From Antedon mediterranea (taxonomy: Eukaryota > Animalia > Echinodermata), in the NCBI RefSeq assembly GCF_964355755.1, contig NC_092679.1:18087432-18151431 (forward strand): DNA of 64,000 bases, in the 5' to 3' direction. Every line of letters starts with the position of its first letter. Within the stretch, counting starts at the first letter, position 1. The position numbers and the translations under genes are program-made. A model generated the notes under the pieces. That model searched no databases, was not told the DNA's origin, and was given only the letters and a program-made list of their open reading frames with translations. Below, piece after piece: positions 24,076 to 35,548 of this stretch.

Positions 24076-25271
24076 GATTTTGATTGAAATTTTATTTCAA
24101 ATTTTCCCACTCAAACTCATTTTTAAGTAGGGGGAGTGTGCATTTTTTATAGTTAAAAAAGCCATAAAAATATATCTAATTCTTTTTCCTTTACAGTATT
24201 CTTTCTATCTTCAAAATTAAATTTGCAATTTTTAATTATTTTTTGCAAATTACATTACAAATGTTTATATTTATTATTTTAACTACATAACTATTGTATT
24301 GGACGTGTGTATTTAATAATGGTATCAACCATCAACCAACCGTTTCTTTTCATGTGATAACATTGTTTGGTCCTGTGCCAGACTAAATATAGATTACAAA
24401 GCATTGATACACTTGAGCAAGTTCAAACTAGTTACTGCTAAATAGGCATATACAGTACAGTAGTTGCTAGAACTAATATGATCTTTATTGTTCGAGGTTC
24501 AAACTAAAAGTATTCTAATCTACTTTAATATATTTTATTAGGGGGTGGGGGTTCGTGTAAAATAATGATTAATATTCTTTGTGGTTATACCATGGACCTA
24601 TACATTTATAGGTCCATAGTTATATACACAGAATATTGTGGTTATACAGGATACTGTGGTTATCACACAGGGTGCTAAATTGCATAGTGCTACGAGTACA
24701 GATGATACTTTATTAATATCTGTTTATAGTGGTTGTTGTCAGTAACTATTTATTAAATTAAAGTTTAAAATTATTTGGCTAAAAAATGAGGTTATGGCTA
24801 TCTCTTTAATTAAGTGTGAAGCTGTACTGAATCATGTTAATTTTTAGACATATATTTATTAAAAATCTATAATATGAAGGATACTATATTACTATATATA
24901 AGCAGTTTTCTTTAATATTATCTTATTATATTGTTTGTTTGTTTGTATATCAAATTAATAGGTACTTGATTTTCTTGAGTTTTGATAGTTTGTAGACTTT
25001 AGCTGTTTTGGTCACTATATCTATGACCAAATATTGTGTGAAAATAAGGAAAGTATTGCTATAGTGAGTAATAATATAAGTTCCCTTTCGACAGTCCTTT
25101 TTTTCCTTTTCACTTCCTTGTTCTTTGTTATTCTTGTTTTCATGTCGGAATTAAATACAGTATATCAAATCAAATATTAGGAAGAACAAGGAAGAGTGAA
25201 ATAGCACAATTTCACTCTTCCCTGCTGGGAAGAATATAGGAAGAGAAAAATAAAGAGAAAGGCATCACTTC

Positions 25272-26121
25272 TTATGATTCATGCTGAAGTTTAAGTTCTT
25301 CATATGCTGAATCATTAAAAAGTTTATCTATATTGTTCATGTCTATCATTTTTTTTTTCGTCTTTCTTAGTTGCTTCTCCAAAATGATGTTCATCTTGTT
25401 TGCGGCTCTTTTCGTTGCTATCATCTAATCTATTTGATTTAACACCTTTTTCCTTTCTTCCATCATTTCTTTCCATGACATCATTCTCATTGTTTTCTAT
25501 ACTGTCATACTCTTTGCTGTTTCGTTCATTAATATCATCATCTTTCTTATTATTTAAGATCCCCATGATTTCATCCTCCAATGTCATCTCAGAGTTCCTT
25601 TGTGGAATCAATATTTCTTTCGCCTCACCCACTGGTAGATTACTTTTCGTCATCTTGTCTATTACACTGTAGGCCGGATCTGTAGTTTCCTCATACACAC
25701 TCTCTAGTGACTGCCTTCCTAATGTGCTCTTTGACAATGCTGGCATGCTACTTAAGCTCGGCAGCGGAGGAGGCAGCATCTCTGACATTTGCTGCGTAAC
25801 TGGCAGCGTGTTTATCGATGCAGAATCAAGAGCTTGCAAATTTATCGACACAGAATCAGAATTCTGTAGTGTATCACTGGTGAGATAACACCGGGGTATT
25901 GTTGTGTTCTGAAGAGTGTACGATCCAAAATTGGAATTAGAAGGGGAAATTAGTAGATGGGACGAATAGTTACGATTATTAAACATCAGTCCTTGATGAC
26001 TCATCATGTTTCTTTCATGTTCGTTGTATTTCAACTTGTAGAGAAATTTACAGCACATGAAAATGATCAATATTGCTAATAAAACTGCTATAATAATAAC
26101 GACAATTGGTATAAATTCCAT
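25272..26121 (-). CDS. TM adaptor-like protein copy 1 (+1 frameshift in an A-run near the 3' end; as assembled it stops at 25324)
   Basis: MEFIPIVVIIIAVLLAILIIFMCCKF anchor and Tyr motifs. It has 10 T at about 25349-25358 versus 9 nt in copy 2; the paralogous stop is retained at 25272-25274. Candidate 5' mini-exon 26610-26640. Confidence 0.75.
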
Positions 26122-26224
26122 TGTTTGACTTTTCTTTTTTCGGATACAACTCTGTAATTAATAAAAATGTAAAAAAGCTACATTCAATAAATAAATATAT
26201 TTAATTGTTCTACCTTCTCCATTG

Positions 26225-26226
<2 letters not shown>

Positions 26227-26280
<54 letters not shown>
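26227..26280. repeat. (TA)n microsatellite
   Basis: Direct observation; shorter versions occur at about 28168 and 30278 in the duplicated units. Confidence 0.9.
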
Positions 26281-26285
<5 letters not shown>

Positions 26286-27213
26286 TATATTAATACTACT
26301 TTTCTAATATTACTTTTCTAATTTCTTTTGTTTTCTGTAAGAAAATGTAAATTTATTTATAATTGTTCATTATTGTCCTAGTATAACAGTTAGGCCTACA
26401 GTAACATGTTAGTTTATATATTGTTTTTTATTTGTTTCTCCACACTCCAACAATTTAATGGAGTAATATAAAACATAAGGGGTTACCCCGGTGTACTAGT
26501 ACATCACAGCCACTGATCATTAACTGGGCCCTCTGGGAGACCAGTCTTTCAATGAAGAGGTCTCTCAGTATAAATATTAATAAATCAATAAATAATATAA
26601 ATAATTTACCTTGTGATCAGATCTGTTGATTCCTTATATCCTAAAAGAATTACTTTGTGTTCTTTAAAACACGTTTTCTATTCCGAAGGTGTTTGCATCA
26701 TTCTTTTTCTTTCATGTTATGTATTTCTATTTTGGATTTGCATACTTTGTACCTGATAATATTGACTAATATCGATTTTGTAAAATTTTCGGTATGAGTA
26801 GTTTCTATCGGTTTGATAAAGATTTTTGTGTTTCTTCCTTGTTTCGTATAATTAAGTTTGGTTTTAATCAAATTGATAGTACGAACGAACTTGCGTTTGT
26901 TACCCCTAAACGTTAATATTCAAATGAAAAAAGTACAGAGACTAATACAAAAATAAATGTAATTAATTCAATAACATATTTATGACACAGGAGGGACACT
27001 TCTTTTTTTTTTTCTAAAGTATATATATCTGTTCGTTTTTGTTCAATGTAATATAAGTTCGTTTTCGACAGTCCTTTTTTTTCTTTTCACTTCCTTGTTC
27101 TTTGTAATTCTTGTTTTCATGTCGGAATTAAATACAGTATATCAAATCAATATTAGGAAGAACAAGGAAGAGTGAATATAGGAGGAGAAAAATAAAGAGA
27201 AAGGCATCACTAC

Positions 27214-28062
27214 TTATGATTCATGCTGAAGTTTAAGTTCTTCATATGCTGAATCATTAAAAAGTTTATCTATATTGTTCATGTCTATCATTTTCTTTTC
27301 GTCTTTCTTAGTTGCTTCTTCAAAATACTGTTCATCTTGTTTGCCGCTCTTTTCGTTGCTATCATCTAATTTATTCGCTATAACATCTTTTTTTTTTCTT
27401 CCATCATTTCTTTCCATGACATCATTCTCATTGTTTTCTATACTGTCATACTCTTTGCTGTTTCCTTCATTAATATCATCATCTTTCTTATTATTTAAGA
27501 TCCCCATGATTTCATCCTCCAATGTCATCTCAGAGTTCCTTTGTGGAATCAATATTTCTTTCGCCTCACCCACTGGTAGATTACTTTTCGTCATCTTGTC
27601 TATTACACTGTAGGCCGGATTTGTAGTTTCCTCATACACACTCTCTAGTGACTGCCTTCCTAATGTGCTCTTTGACAATGCTGGCATGCTACTTAAGCTC
27701 GGCAGCGGAGGAGGCAGCATCCCTGACATTTGCTGCGTAACTGGCAGCGTGTTTATCGATGCAGAATCAAGAGCTTGCAAATTTATCGACACAGAATCAG
27801 AATTCTGTAGTGTATCACTGGTGAGATAACATCGGGGTATTGTTGTGTTCTGAAGAGTGTACGATCCAAAATTGGAATTAGAAGGGGAAATTAGTAGTTG
27901 GGACGAATAGTTACGATTATTAAACATCAGTCCTTGATGACTCATCATGTTTCTTTCATGTTCGTTGTATTTCAACTTGTAGAGAAATTTACAGCACATG
28001 AAAATGATCAATATTGCTAATAAAACTGCTATAATAATAACGACAATTGGTATAAATTCCAT
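27214..28062 (-). CDS. TM adaptor-like protein copy 2 (intact, 282 aa)
   Basis: N-terminal hydrophobic anchor plus CC; low-complexity tail with PPPLP, SVYEET, AYSVI, EYDSI, SAYEEL. Candidate 5' mini-exon 28703-28733. Confidence 0.82.
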   Translation of the reverse strand: MEFIPIVVIIIAVLLAILIIFMCCKFLYKLKYNEHERNMMSHQGLMFNNRNYSSQLLISPSNSNFGSYTLQNTTIPRCYLTSDTLQNSDSVSINLQALDSASINTLPVTQQMSGMLPPPLPSLSSMPALSKSTLGRQSLESVYEETTNPAYSVIDKMTKSNLPVGEAKEILIPQRNSEMTLEDEIMGILNNKKDDDINEGNSKEYDSIENNENDVMERNDGRKKKDVIANKLDDSNEKSGKQDEQYFEEATKKDEKKMIDMNNIDKLFNDSAYEELKLQHES

Positions 28063-28206
28063 TGTTTGACTTTTCCTTTTTCGGATACAACTCTGTAATT
28101 AATAAAAATGTAAAAAAGCTACATTCAATAAATAAATATATTTAATTGTTCTACCTTCTCCATTGTATATTATATATATATATATATAATATATTATATT
28201 GCACTT

Positions 28207-28243
28207 GCACTGATGAAGGGCTAGTGTTGCCCGAAAGCTCTGC
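28207..28243 (+). ncRNA. Minimal Penelope-type hammerhead ribozyme motif (within a ~170-bp insertion 28201-28370)
   Basis: GCA-CTGATGA-A-GGGC(tagtgtt)GCCC-GAAA-GC-TC-TGC: core boxes, helix II, short helix I and palindromic AGCT in place of helix III. The insertion sits beside a (TA)n tract and is absent from unit 1. Confidence 0.65.
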
Positions 28244-29326
28244 TAACTTTTCTGGCTGTTTACTTTATCGTTTTGATTTAGCTTTTCGCTTTTTATTTTT
28301 GTATCTCCATTGAGATCCAGCCACTGATACCCACAGCATTGTCATTTTTTTCAGTAATTTGCCTTTGGATTTATATAATATATTAAATAATACTACTTTT
28401 CTAATATTACTTTTCTAATTTCTTTTGTTTTCTGTAAGAAAATGTAAATTTATTTATAATTGTTCATTATTGTCCTAGTATAACAGTTAGGCCTACAGTA
28501 ACATGTTAGTTTATATATTGTTTTTTATTTGTTTCTCCACACTCCAACAATTTAATGGAGTAATATAAAACATAAGGGGTTACCCTGGTGTACTAGTACA
28601 TCACAGCCACTGATCATTAACTGGGCCCTCTGGGAGACCAGTCTTTGACTGAAGTGGTCGCCCAATATAAATATTAATAAATAAATAATATAAATAATTT
28701 ACCTTGTGATCAGATCTGTTGATTCCTTATATCCTAAAAGAATTATTTTGTGTTCTTTTTTTCATGTTTTCTATTCAGAAGGTCCATAGATTCAATTTAT
28801 AATGTTTGCATCATTCTTTTTCTTTCATGTTATGTATTTCTATTTTGGATTTGCATACTTTGTACCTGATAATATTGACTAATATCGATTTTGTAACATT
28901 TTCGGTAAGAGTAGTTTCTATCGGTTTGATAAAGATTTTTGTGTTTCTTCCTTGTTTCGTATAATTAAGTTTGGTTTTAATCAAATTGATAGTACGAACG
29001 AACTTGCGTTTGTTACCGCTAAACGTTAATATTCAAATGAAAAAAGTACAGAGACTAATACAAAAATAAATGTAATTAATTCAATAACATATTTATGACA
29101 CTGGAGGGACACTTCTTTTTTTTTCCTAAAGTATATATATCTGTTCGTTTTTGTTCAATGTAATATAAGTTCGTTTTCGACAGTCCTTTTTTTTTCTTTT
29201 CACTTCCTTGTTCTTTGTAATTCTTGTTTTCATGTCGGAATTAAATACAGTATATCAAATCAATATTAGGAAGAACAAGGAAGAGTGAATATAGGAGGAG
29301 AAAAATAAAGAGAAAGGCATCACTAC

Positions 29327-30171
29327 TTATGATTCATGCTGAAGTTTAAGTTCTTCATATGCTGAATCATTAAAAAGTTTATCTATATTGTTCATGTCTA
29401 CCATTTTCTTTTCGTCTTTCTTAGTTGCTTCTTCAAAATACTGTTCATCTTGTTTGCCGCTCTTTTCGTTGCTATCATCTAATTTATTCGCTATAACATC
29501 TTTTTTTTTCTTCCATCATTTCTTTCCATGACATCATTCTCATTGTTTTCTATACTGTCATACTCTCTGCTGTTTTGTTCATTAATATCATCATCTTTCT
29601 TATTATTTAAGATCCCCATGATTTCATCCTCCAATGTCATCTCAGAGTTCCTTTGTGGAATCAATATTTCTTTCGCCTCACCCACTGGTAGATTACTTTT
29701 TGTCATCTTGTCTATTACACTGTAGGCCGGATTTGTAGTTTCCTCATACACACTCTCTAGTGACTGCCTTCCTAATGTGCTCTTTGACAATGCTGGCATG
29801 CTACTTAAGCTCGGCAGCGGAGGAGGCAGCATCTCTGACATTTGCTGCGTAACTGGCAGCGTGTTTATCGACACAGAATCAAGAGCTTGCAAATTTATCG
29901 ACACAGAATCAGAATTCTGTAGTGTATCGCTGGTGAGAAAACACCGGGGTATTGTTGTGTTCTGAGTGTACGATCCAAAATTTGAACTGGAAGGGGAAAT
30001 TAGTAGATGGGACGAATAGTTACGATTATTAAACATCAGTCCTTGATGACTCATCATGTTTCTTTCATGTTCGTTGTATTTCAACTTGTAGAGAAATTTA
30101 CAGCACATGAAAATGATCAATATTGCTAATAAAACTGCTATAATAATAACGACAATTGGTATAAATTCCAT
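29327..30171 (-). CDS. TM adaptor-like protein copy 3 (-1 frameshift in an A-run; as assembled it stops at 29491)
   Basis: 9 T at 29501-29509 versus 10 in copies 2 and 4; downstream sequence still encodes ...SAYEELKLQHES* ending at 29327. Candidate 5' mini-exon 30814-30844. Confidence 0.75.
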
Positions 30172-30317
30172 TGTTTGACTTTTCCTTTTTCGGATACAAC
30201 TCTGTAATTAATAAAAATGTAAAAAAGCTACATTCAATAAATAAATATATTTAATTGTTCTACCTTCTCCATTGTATATTATATATATATATATATATAA
30301 TATATTATATTGCACTT

Positions 30318-30354
30318 GCACTGATGAAGGGCTAGTGTTGCCCGAAAGCTCTGC
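30318..30354 (+). ncRNA. Second copy of the minimal hammerhead ribozyme motif (insertion 30312-30481)
   Basis: Identical to 28207-28243; copied with the 2.11-kb tandem unit. Confidence 0.65.
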
Positions 30355-31437
30355 TAACTTTTCTGGCTGTTTACTTTATCGTTTTGATTTAGCTTTTCGC
30401 TTTTTATTTTTGTATCTCCATTGAGATCCAGCCACTGATACCCACAGCATTGTCATTTTTTTCAGTAATTTGCCTTTGGATTTATATAATATATTAAATA
30501 ATACTACTTTTCTAATATTACTTTTCTAATTTCTTTTGTTTTCTGTAAGAAAATGTAAATTTATTTATAATTGTTCATTATTGTCCTAGTATAACAGTTA
30601 GGCCTACAGTAACATGTTAGTTTATATATTGTTTTTTATTTGTTTCTCCACACTCCAACAATTTAATGGAGTAATATAAAACATAAGGGGTTACCCTGGT
30701 GTACTAGTACATCACAGCCACTGATCATTAACTGGGCCCTCTGGGAGACCAGTCTTTGACTGAAGTGGTCGCCCAATATAAATATTAATAAATAAATAAT
30801 ATAAATAATTTACCTTGTGATCAGATCTGTTGATTCCTTATATCCTAAAAGAATTATTTTGTGTTCTTTTTTTCATGTTTTCTATTCCGAAGGTCCATAG
30901 ATTCAATTTATAATGTTTGCATCATTCTTTTTCTTTCATGTTATGTATTTCTATTTTGGATTTGCATACTTTGTACCTGATAATATTGACAAATATCGAT
31001 TTTGTAACATTTTCGGTAAGAGTAGTTTCTATCGGTTTGATAAAGATTTTTGTGTTTCTTCCTTGTTTCGTATAATTAAGTTTGGTTTTAATCAAATTGA
31101 TAGTACGAACGAACTTGCGTTTGTTACCGCTAAACGTTAATATTCAAATGAAAAAAGTACAGAGACTAATACAAAAATAAATGTAATTAATTCAATAACA
31201 TATTTATGACACAGGAGGGACACTTCTTTTTTTTTTTCTAAAGTATATATATCTGTTCGTTTTTGTTCAATGTAATATAAGTTCGTTTTCGACAGTCCTT
31301 TTTTTTCTTTTCACTTCCTTGTTCTTTGTAATTCTTGTTTTCATGTCGGAATTAAATACAGTATATCAAATCAATATTAGGAAGAACAAGGAAGAGTGAA
31401 TATAGGAGGAGAAAAATAAAGAGAAAGGCATCACTAC

Positions 31438-32286
31438 TTATGATTCATGCTGAAGTTTAAGTTCTTCATATGCTGAATCATTAAAAAGTTTATCTATATT
31501 GTTCATGTCTACCATTTTCTTTTCGTCTTTCTTAGTTGCTTCTTCAAAATACTGTTCATCTTGTTTGCCGCTCTTTTCGTTGCTATCATCTAATTTATTC
31601 GCTATAACATCTTTTTTTTTTCTTCCATCATTTCTTTCCGTGACATCATTCTCATTGTTTTCTATACTGTCATACTCTTTGCTGTTTCCTTCATTAATAT
31701 CATCATCTTTCTTACTATTTAAGATCCCCATGATTTCATCCTCCAATGTCATCTCAGATTTCCTTTCTGCACTCAATGTTTCTTCCTCCTCACCCACTGG
31801 TAGATTACTTTTTGTCATCTTGTCTATTACACTGTAGGTCGGGTCATCTGTAGTTTCCTCATACACACTCTCTAGTGACTGCCTGCCCAATGTGCTCTTT
31901 GACAATGCTGGCATGCTGCTTAAGCTCGGCAGCGGAGGAGGCAGCATCTCTGACATTTGCTGCGTAACTGGCAGCGTGTTTATCGACACAGAATCAAGAG
32001 CTTGCAAATTTATCGACACAGAATCAGAATTCTGTAGTGTATCGCTGGTGAGAAAACACCGGGGTATTGTTGTGTTCTGAGTGTACGATCCAAAATTTGA
32101 ACTGGAAGGGGAAATTAGTAGATGGGACGAATAGTTACAATTATTAAACATCAGTCCTTGATGTCTCATCATGTTTCTTTCATGTTCATTGTATTTTAAC
32201 TTGTAGAGAAATTTACAGCACATGAAAATGATCAATATTGCTAACAAAACTGCTATAATACCAACGACCGTTGCTATAAACTCCAT
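31438..32286 (-). CDS. TM adaptor-like protein copy 4 (intact, 282 aa)
   Basis: MEFIATVVGIIAVLLAILIIFMCCKF anchor; TYSVI, EYDSI, SAYEEL. Candidate 5' mini-exon 33580-33605. Confidence 0.82.
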   Translation of the reverse strand: MEFIATVVGIIAVLLAILIIFMCCKFLYKLKYNEHERNMMRHQGLMFNNCNYSSHLLISPSSSNFGSYTQNTTIPRCFLTSDTLQNSDSVSINLQALDSVSINTLPVTQQMSEMLPPPLPSLSSMPALSKSTLGRQSLESVYEETTDDPTYSVIDKMTKSNLPVGEEEETLSAERKSEMTLEDEIMGILNSKKDDDINEGNSKEYDSIENNENDVTERNDGRKKKDVIANKLDDSNEKSGKQDEQYFEEATKKDEKKMVDMNNIDKLFNDSAYEELKLQHES

Positions 32287-34243
32287 TGTTCCACTTGTCC
32301 TCTTTCAGATATTACAACTCTGTAATTTATAGAAACAAATAAAAATGTAGTTAAACGCTATAAAAGCTACTTTCATAAAATAAATACTGTACTGGTATAT
32401 TTTGTTGTTCTGCCTTATCCATTGATGCAGTACTGTACTAGTATTTAGTAATACGAAACAGGATGGGAAGCCAAAGGACGGTGCTCATGAATAATTTATG
32501 CATGACCTTTAACAAAGTGGCCAGGTCTTAGTGTGAAATTCTGTCGTCATAACATGAAATTCTGTCATCTTAACTTTTTGAAGAAGATGAAGTTAGCATT
32601 TTCCTGTTAACTAGAAATAATGTACATATAAAACCTTAAATATACAGTTTAAATTCAACTTAAAAGTGGAATTTTCGAAACTCTAAATAATATTTGAACT
32701 TTAATTGAACTAATTTAATTGTTTAACCAAATAGCATTTGTATTGGGTTGAAATGGCTGTGTTAAAAGCAATACATTTTGCACGGCGTTGGAATGCGACA
32801 TTCAGAAGGACCCCTGCAAGACAGGGGAGGGAGTGAGATACTGCTGTTCTAGACACCCAAATCAATATACCCAGGCCATACCTAGTATGTAGCCTAACTA
32901 CTGCCATTAGTACCTAGGTATGCCCCCTAGGCTAGCCCTAATAATAATAATATAGGCCAAGCCTTGTAGTAGTAGTATTACTAGGCATGGTTGTCTCCCT
33001 CTGGCCAGTCGTCGTCTTTGCGCAAGGATACCGCAACTAATAAAATGGCTATGTTGACTGTTTATTATTTGACGTACCAGCAAACTCAGAATCTTCGTCG
33101 TCCTCCCCCTTCCCGTTCTGTTACGTAAAGTCCCTACTATTATTACATTAGGACGATAATGAACAATATATAAATACTGTACACTATACAGTTTGTAAAA
33201 AACATGAAAATTGAAGGTAAATAAAACTTTGAATAGGCATTTTGTAGTTTTGATAAAGGTAATCACTTCTGTAGAAAAAAAAATTATGTTTTCACTTATA
33301 AAAAGAGAAAAAATAAAACAGACTATTTAAACTATATTTTGCTTTAATTTGCAGTTTTTTGTTTTTTCAATTTTTTTTTGGATCAAATTTTTGATATCTT
33401 TAATTAGTTTCAACAGAATGAATGTTTGTTTTATTAGGATGAGAACCTTTTTTGTTTTGTGTAGGAAAAATTTAAATTTATCTACTTTATTTATCATCGT
33501 TTGTTATTGCTGTAGTGTAATAAATAGGCTTTTGCAGTTACCATGTTAGTTTAAATATACAATTTTGATAGTAATTTACCTTGTGATCTTGTTGCTTCCT
33601 ACGTCCTGAAAGAAAACTATCATTTGTGTTTAGTTCCTTTCTAATTTGTACATCCATTTGTATACAATTCTTGTTCTTTTTGTGTTTTCTATTTTTGCAT
33701 ACTTTGTACAGTACCTGATTATTTTGACTAATATCGATTTTGTAACATTTTCGATATGAGTAGTTTCTATCGGTTTGATGAAGATTTTTGTATTTCTTCC
33801 TTGTTTTGTATAATTAAGTTTCGTTTTTTCAAATAAAAGTTGACATCATTTTTATATAGCTGTTTAGAAATATAACAGACTTGCATATAAATACGGCAGT
33901 AATTGTTTACTGTTATTATACAAAACAGTAAACAAAAAATTAGTAGATCGTTTACCATACCTAAAGAGCCAACAACATCGGCATGGATTCGAACAAGTCT
34001 TCTCGGATAAGGTCCAGTGTACACAGTTTGCTTGTGTGCACTTTAGTAGAAGTTAACCAGGTGAACTGGTTCCCAAAATTGCCTCTGTATCTGAACAGTG
34101 ATTAATTTACTATTGGTAATCCTTGGCCACATGTGCCTATAAATACATACAGTAACAAAAATAGATTAAAAAAAATGAAGTACAGTGCCCTTAAAGAATT
34201 CATCGATATTTTACATTGTTGTATCTTTTTCCATAGCAACTTC

Positions 34244-34747
34244 TTATACACTAGTTTCATAGTAAGAGATTGCTTCAGCTATTGACTTCTCTTTTACATA
34301 TGCATATGCATGTTCAGTAATATCTTGAGTTTTTTCAGTAGTTTCTTGTGCATCTTGTATTGGTAGAGAGGTTTGGTAGGCAGGTGATTCTTCCACTTCT
34401 AAGTATAGTGCAGTTTGCGGTGGTTGGTTACAATTTGCATATGCATATGAATATTCACTACCTTTATTCTTATTCAAAATGGAACCAGGATTTTCTCTGT
34501 TGTGGTATTGGCAACTGTGTTGACATGGGCCGCTATTCTGATGTGGAAACATTTGTGATGAAGTGTGTTCTGCTGATGTAATATTTGGTACTTCTGACAT
34601 TAATTTTGGTTGTACCACTACTTTATTGAAATCTTCTGAATTACGCTGTTCTCTGAATATCAACTTGTACACAAATTTACACCACAGAAATATGATCAAT
34701 ATTGCTAACATAACTGCTATAATACCAACGACCCTTGCTAACTCCAT
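34244..34747 (-). CDS. Chimeric TM adaptor copy 5: adaptor anchor fused to the IgR Tyr tail (167 aa)
   Basis: MELARVVGIIAVMLAILIIFLWCKFVYKL, then VPN..CQHSCQYHNRENPG..EYSYAYAN..ESPAYQTSLP..HAYAYVKEK, homologous to the IgR-2/3/4 tails. Candidate 5' mini-exon 35132-35167. Confidence 0.8.
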   Translation of the reverse strand: MELARVVGIIAVMLAILIIFLWCKFVYKLIFREQRNSEDFNKVVVQPKLMSEVPNITSAEHTSSQMFPHQNSGPCQHSCQYHNRENPGSILNKNKGSEYSYAYANCNQPPQTALYLEVEESPAYQTSLPIQDAQETTEKTQDITEHAYAYVKEKSIAEAISYYETSV

Positions 34748-35548
34748 TGTTCCACTTGTCCTTTTTCAGATATTACAACTCTGTAATTAATAGAAGCAAA
34801 TAAAAGTAAAATCTTTTTCAGAAATATATGTATGGCATTCATTCTGTATCAATGCAAAAAATTGTTAGTTCCAGTAAAAGCTACTTTTTTTTAGCTACAA
34901 TTATTTATATAATGTGAAAATAAGTTTTTGTTTTATTCTCCTTGTTTCCTCTCCAGATATTTATTCTCTACCTTATATTAATTTTTCTTTTTCAAGTACA
35001 GTACTCCAAGTAGACACTTTTTTCCCAAAAGCTTGATATAAATTTTGGCTGTGTCACTCACATTCTTCATTCCACATAGTATGCTTACAATTACTAGCTT
35101 TCATATAAATTTGAGATATAAAGTCATTTACCTTTAAGAGGACACAGATATTGTTGCATCCTTACATCTAAAAAAAACATACAGTATGCTGTTATAGTTC
35201 TTGTTTCACATAATCTATTTCAAATAAATTGGATTTTTTCTGCCAATTCCCCTTTTTTAAAAATAATATTTTTTTTTGGACTATACTACCACTGGATTGA
35301 CTAGTATCGATATTTTTAACATTTTCGATATGACTAGTAGTAACTAGCAGTTAATAAAGATCTTTTCTTTGTTTTTGTAATTACAGATTTTGATCAGTAA
35401 CCATAATTGAATCTAAAATGTTGAAAAATGTCTAAGAAACATTAACTTAGCAAAATATATTTTTAGGGACAGACACCTATGTAAGGAAAACATTTTGTTT
35501 TTTTCTGAAATTTATTTTGATTTTGTGGTGTTTTTTATTTATTTTCAG

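Noticed and set aside
25400-32080. Plus-strand Ser/Phe/Leu-rich ORFs
   Set aside because: Antisense shadows of the Lys/Glu/Asp-rich adaptor ORFs.
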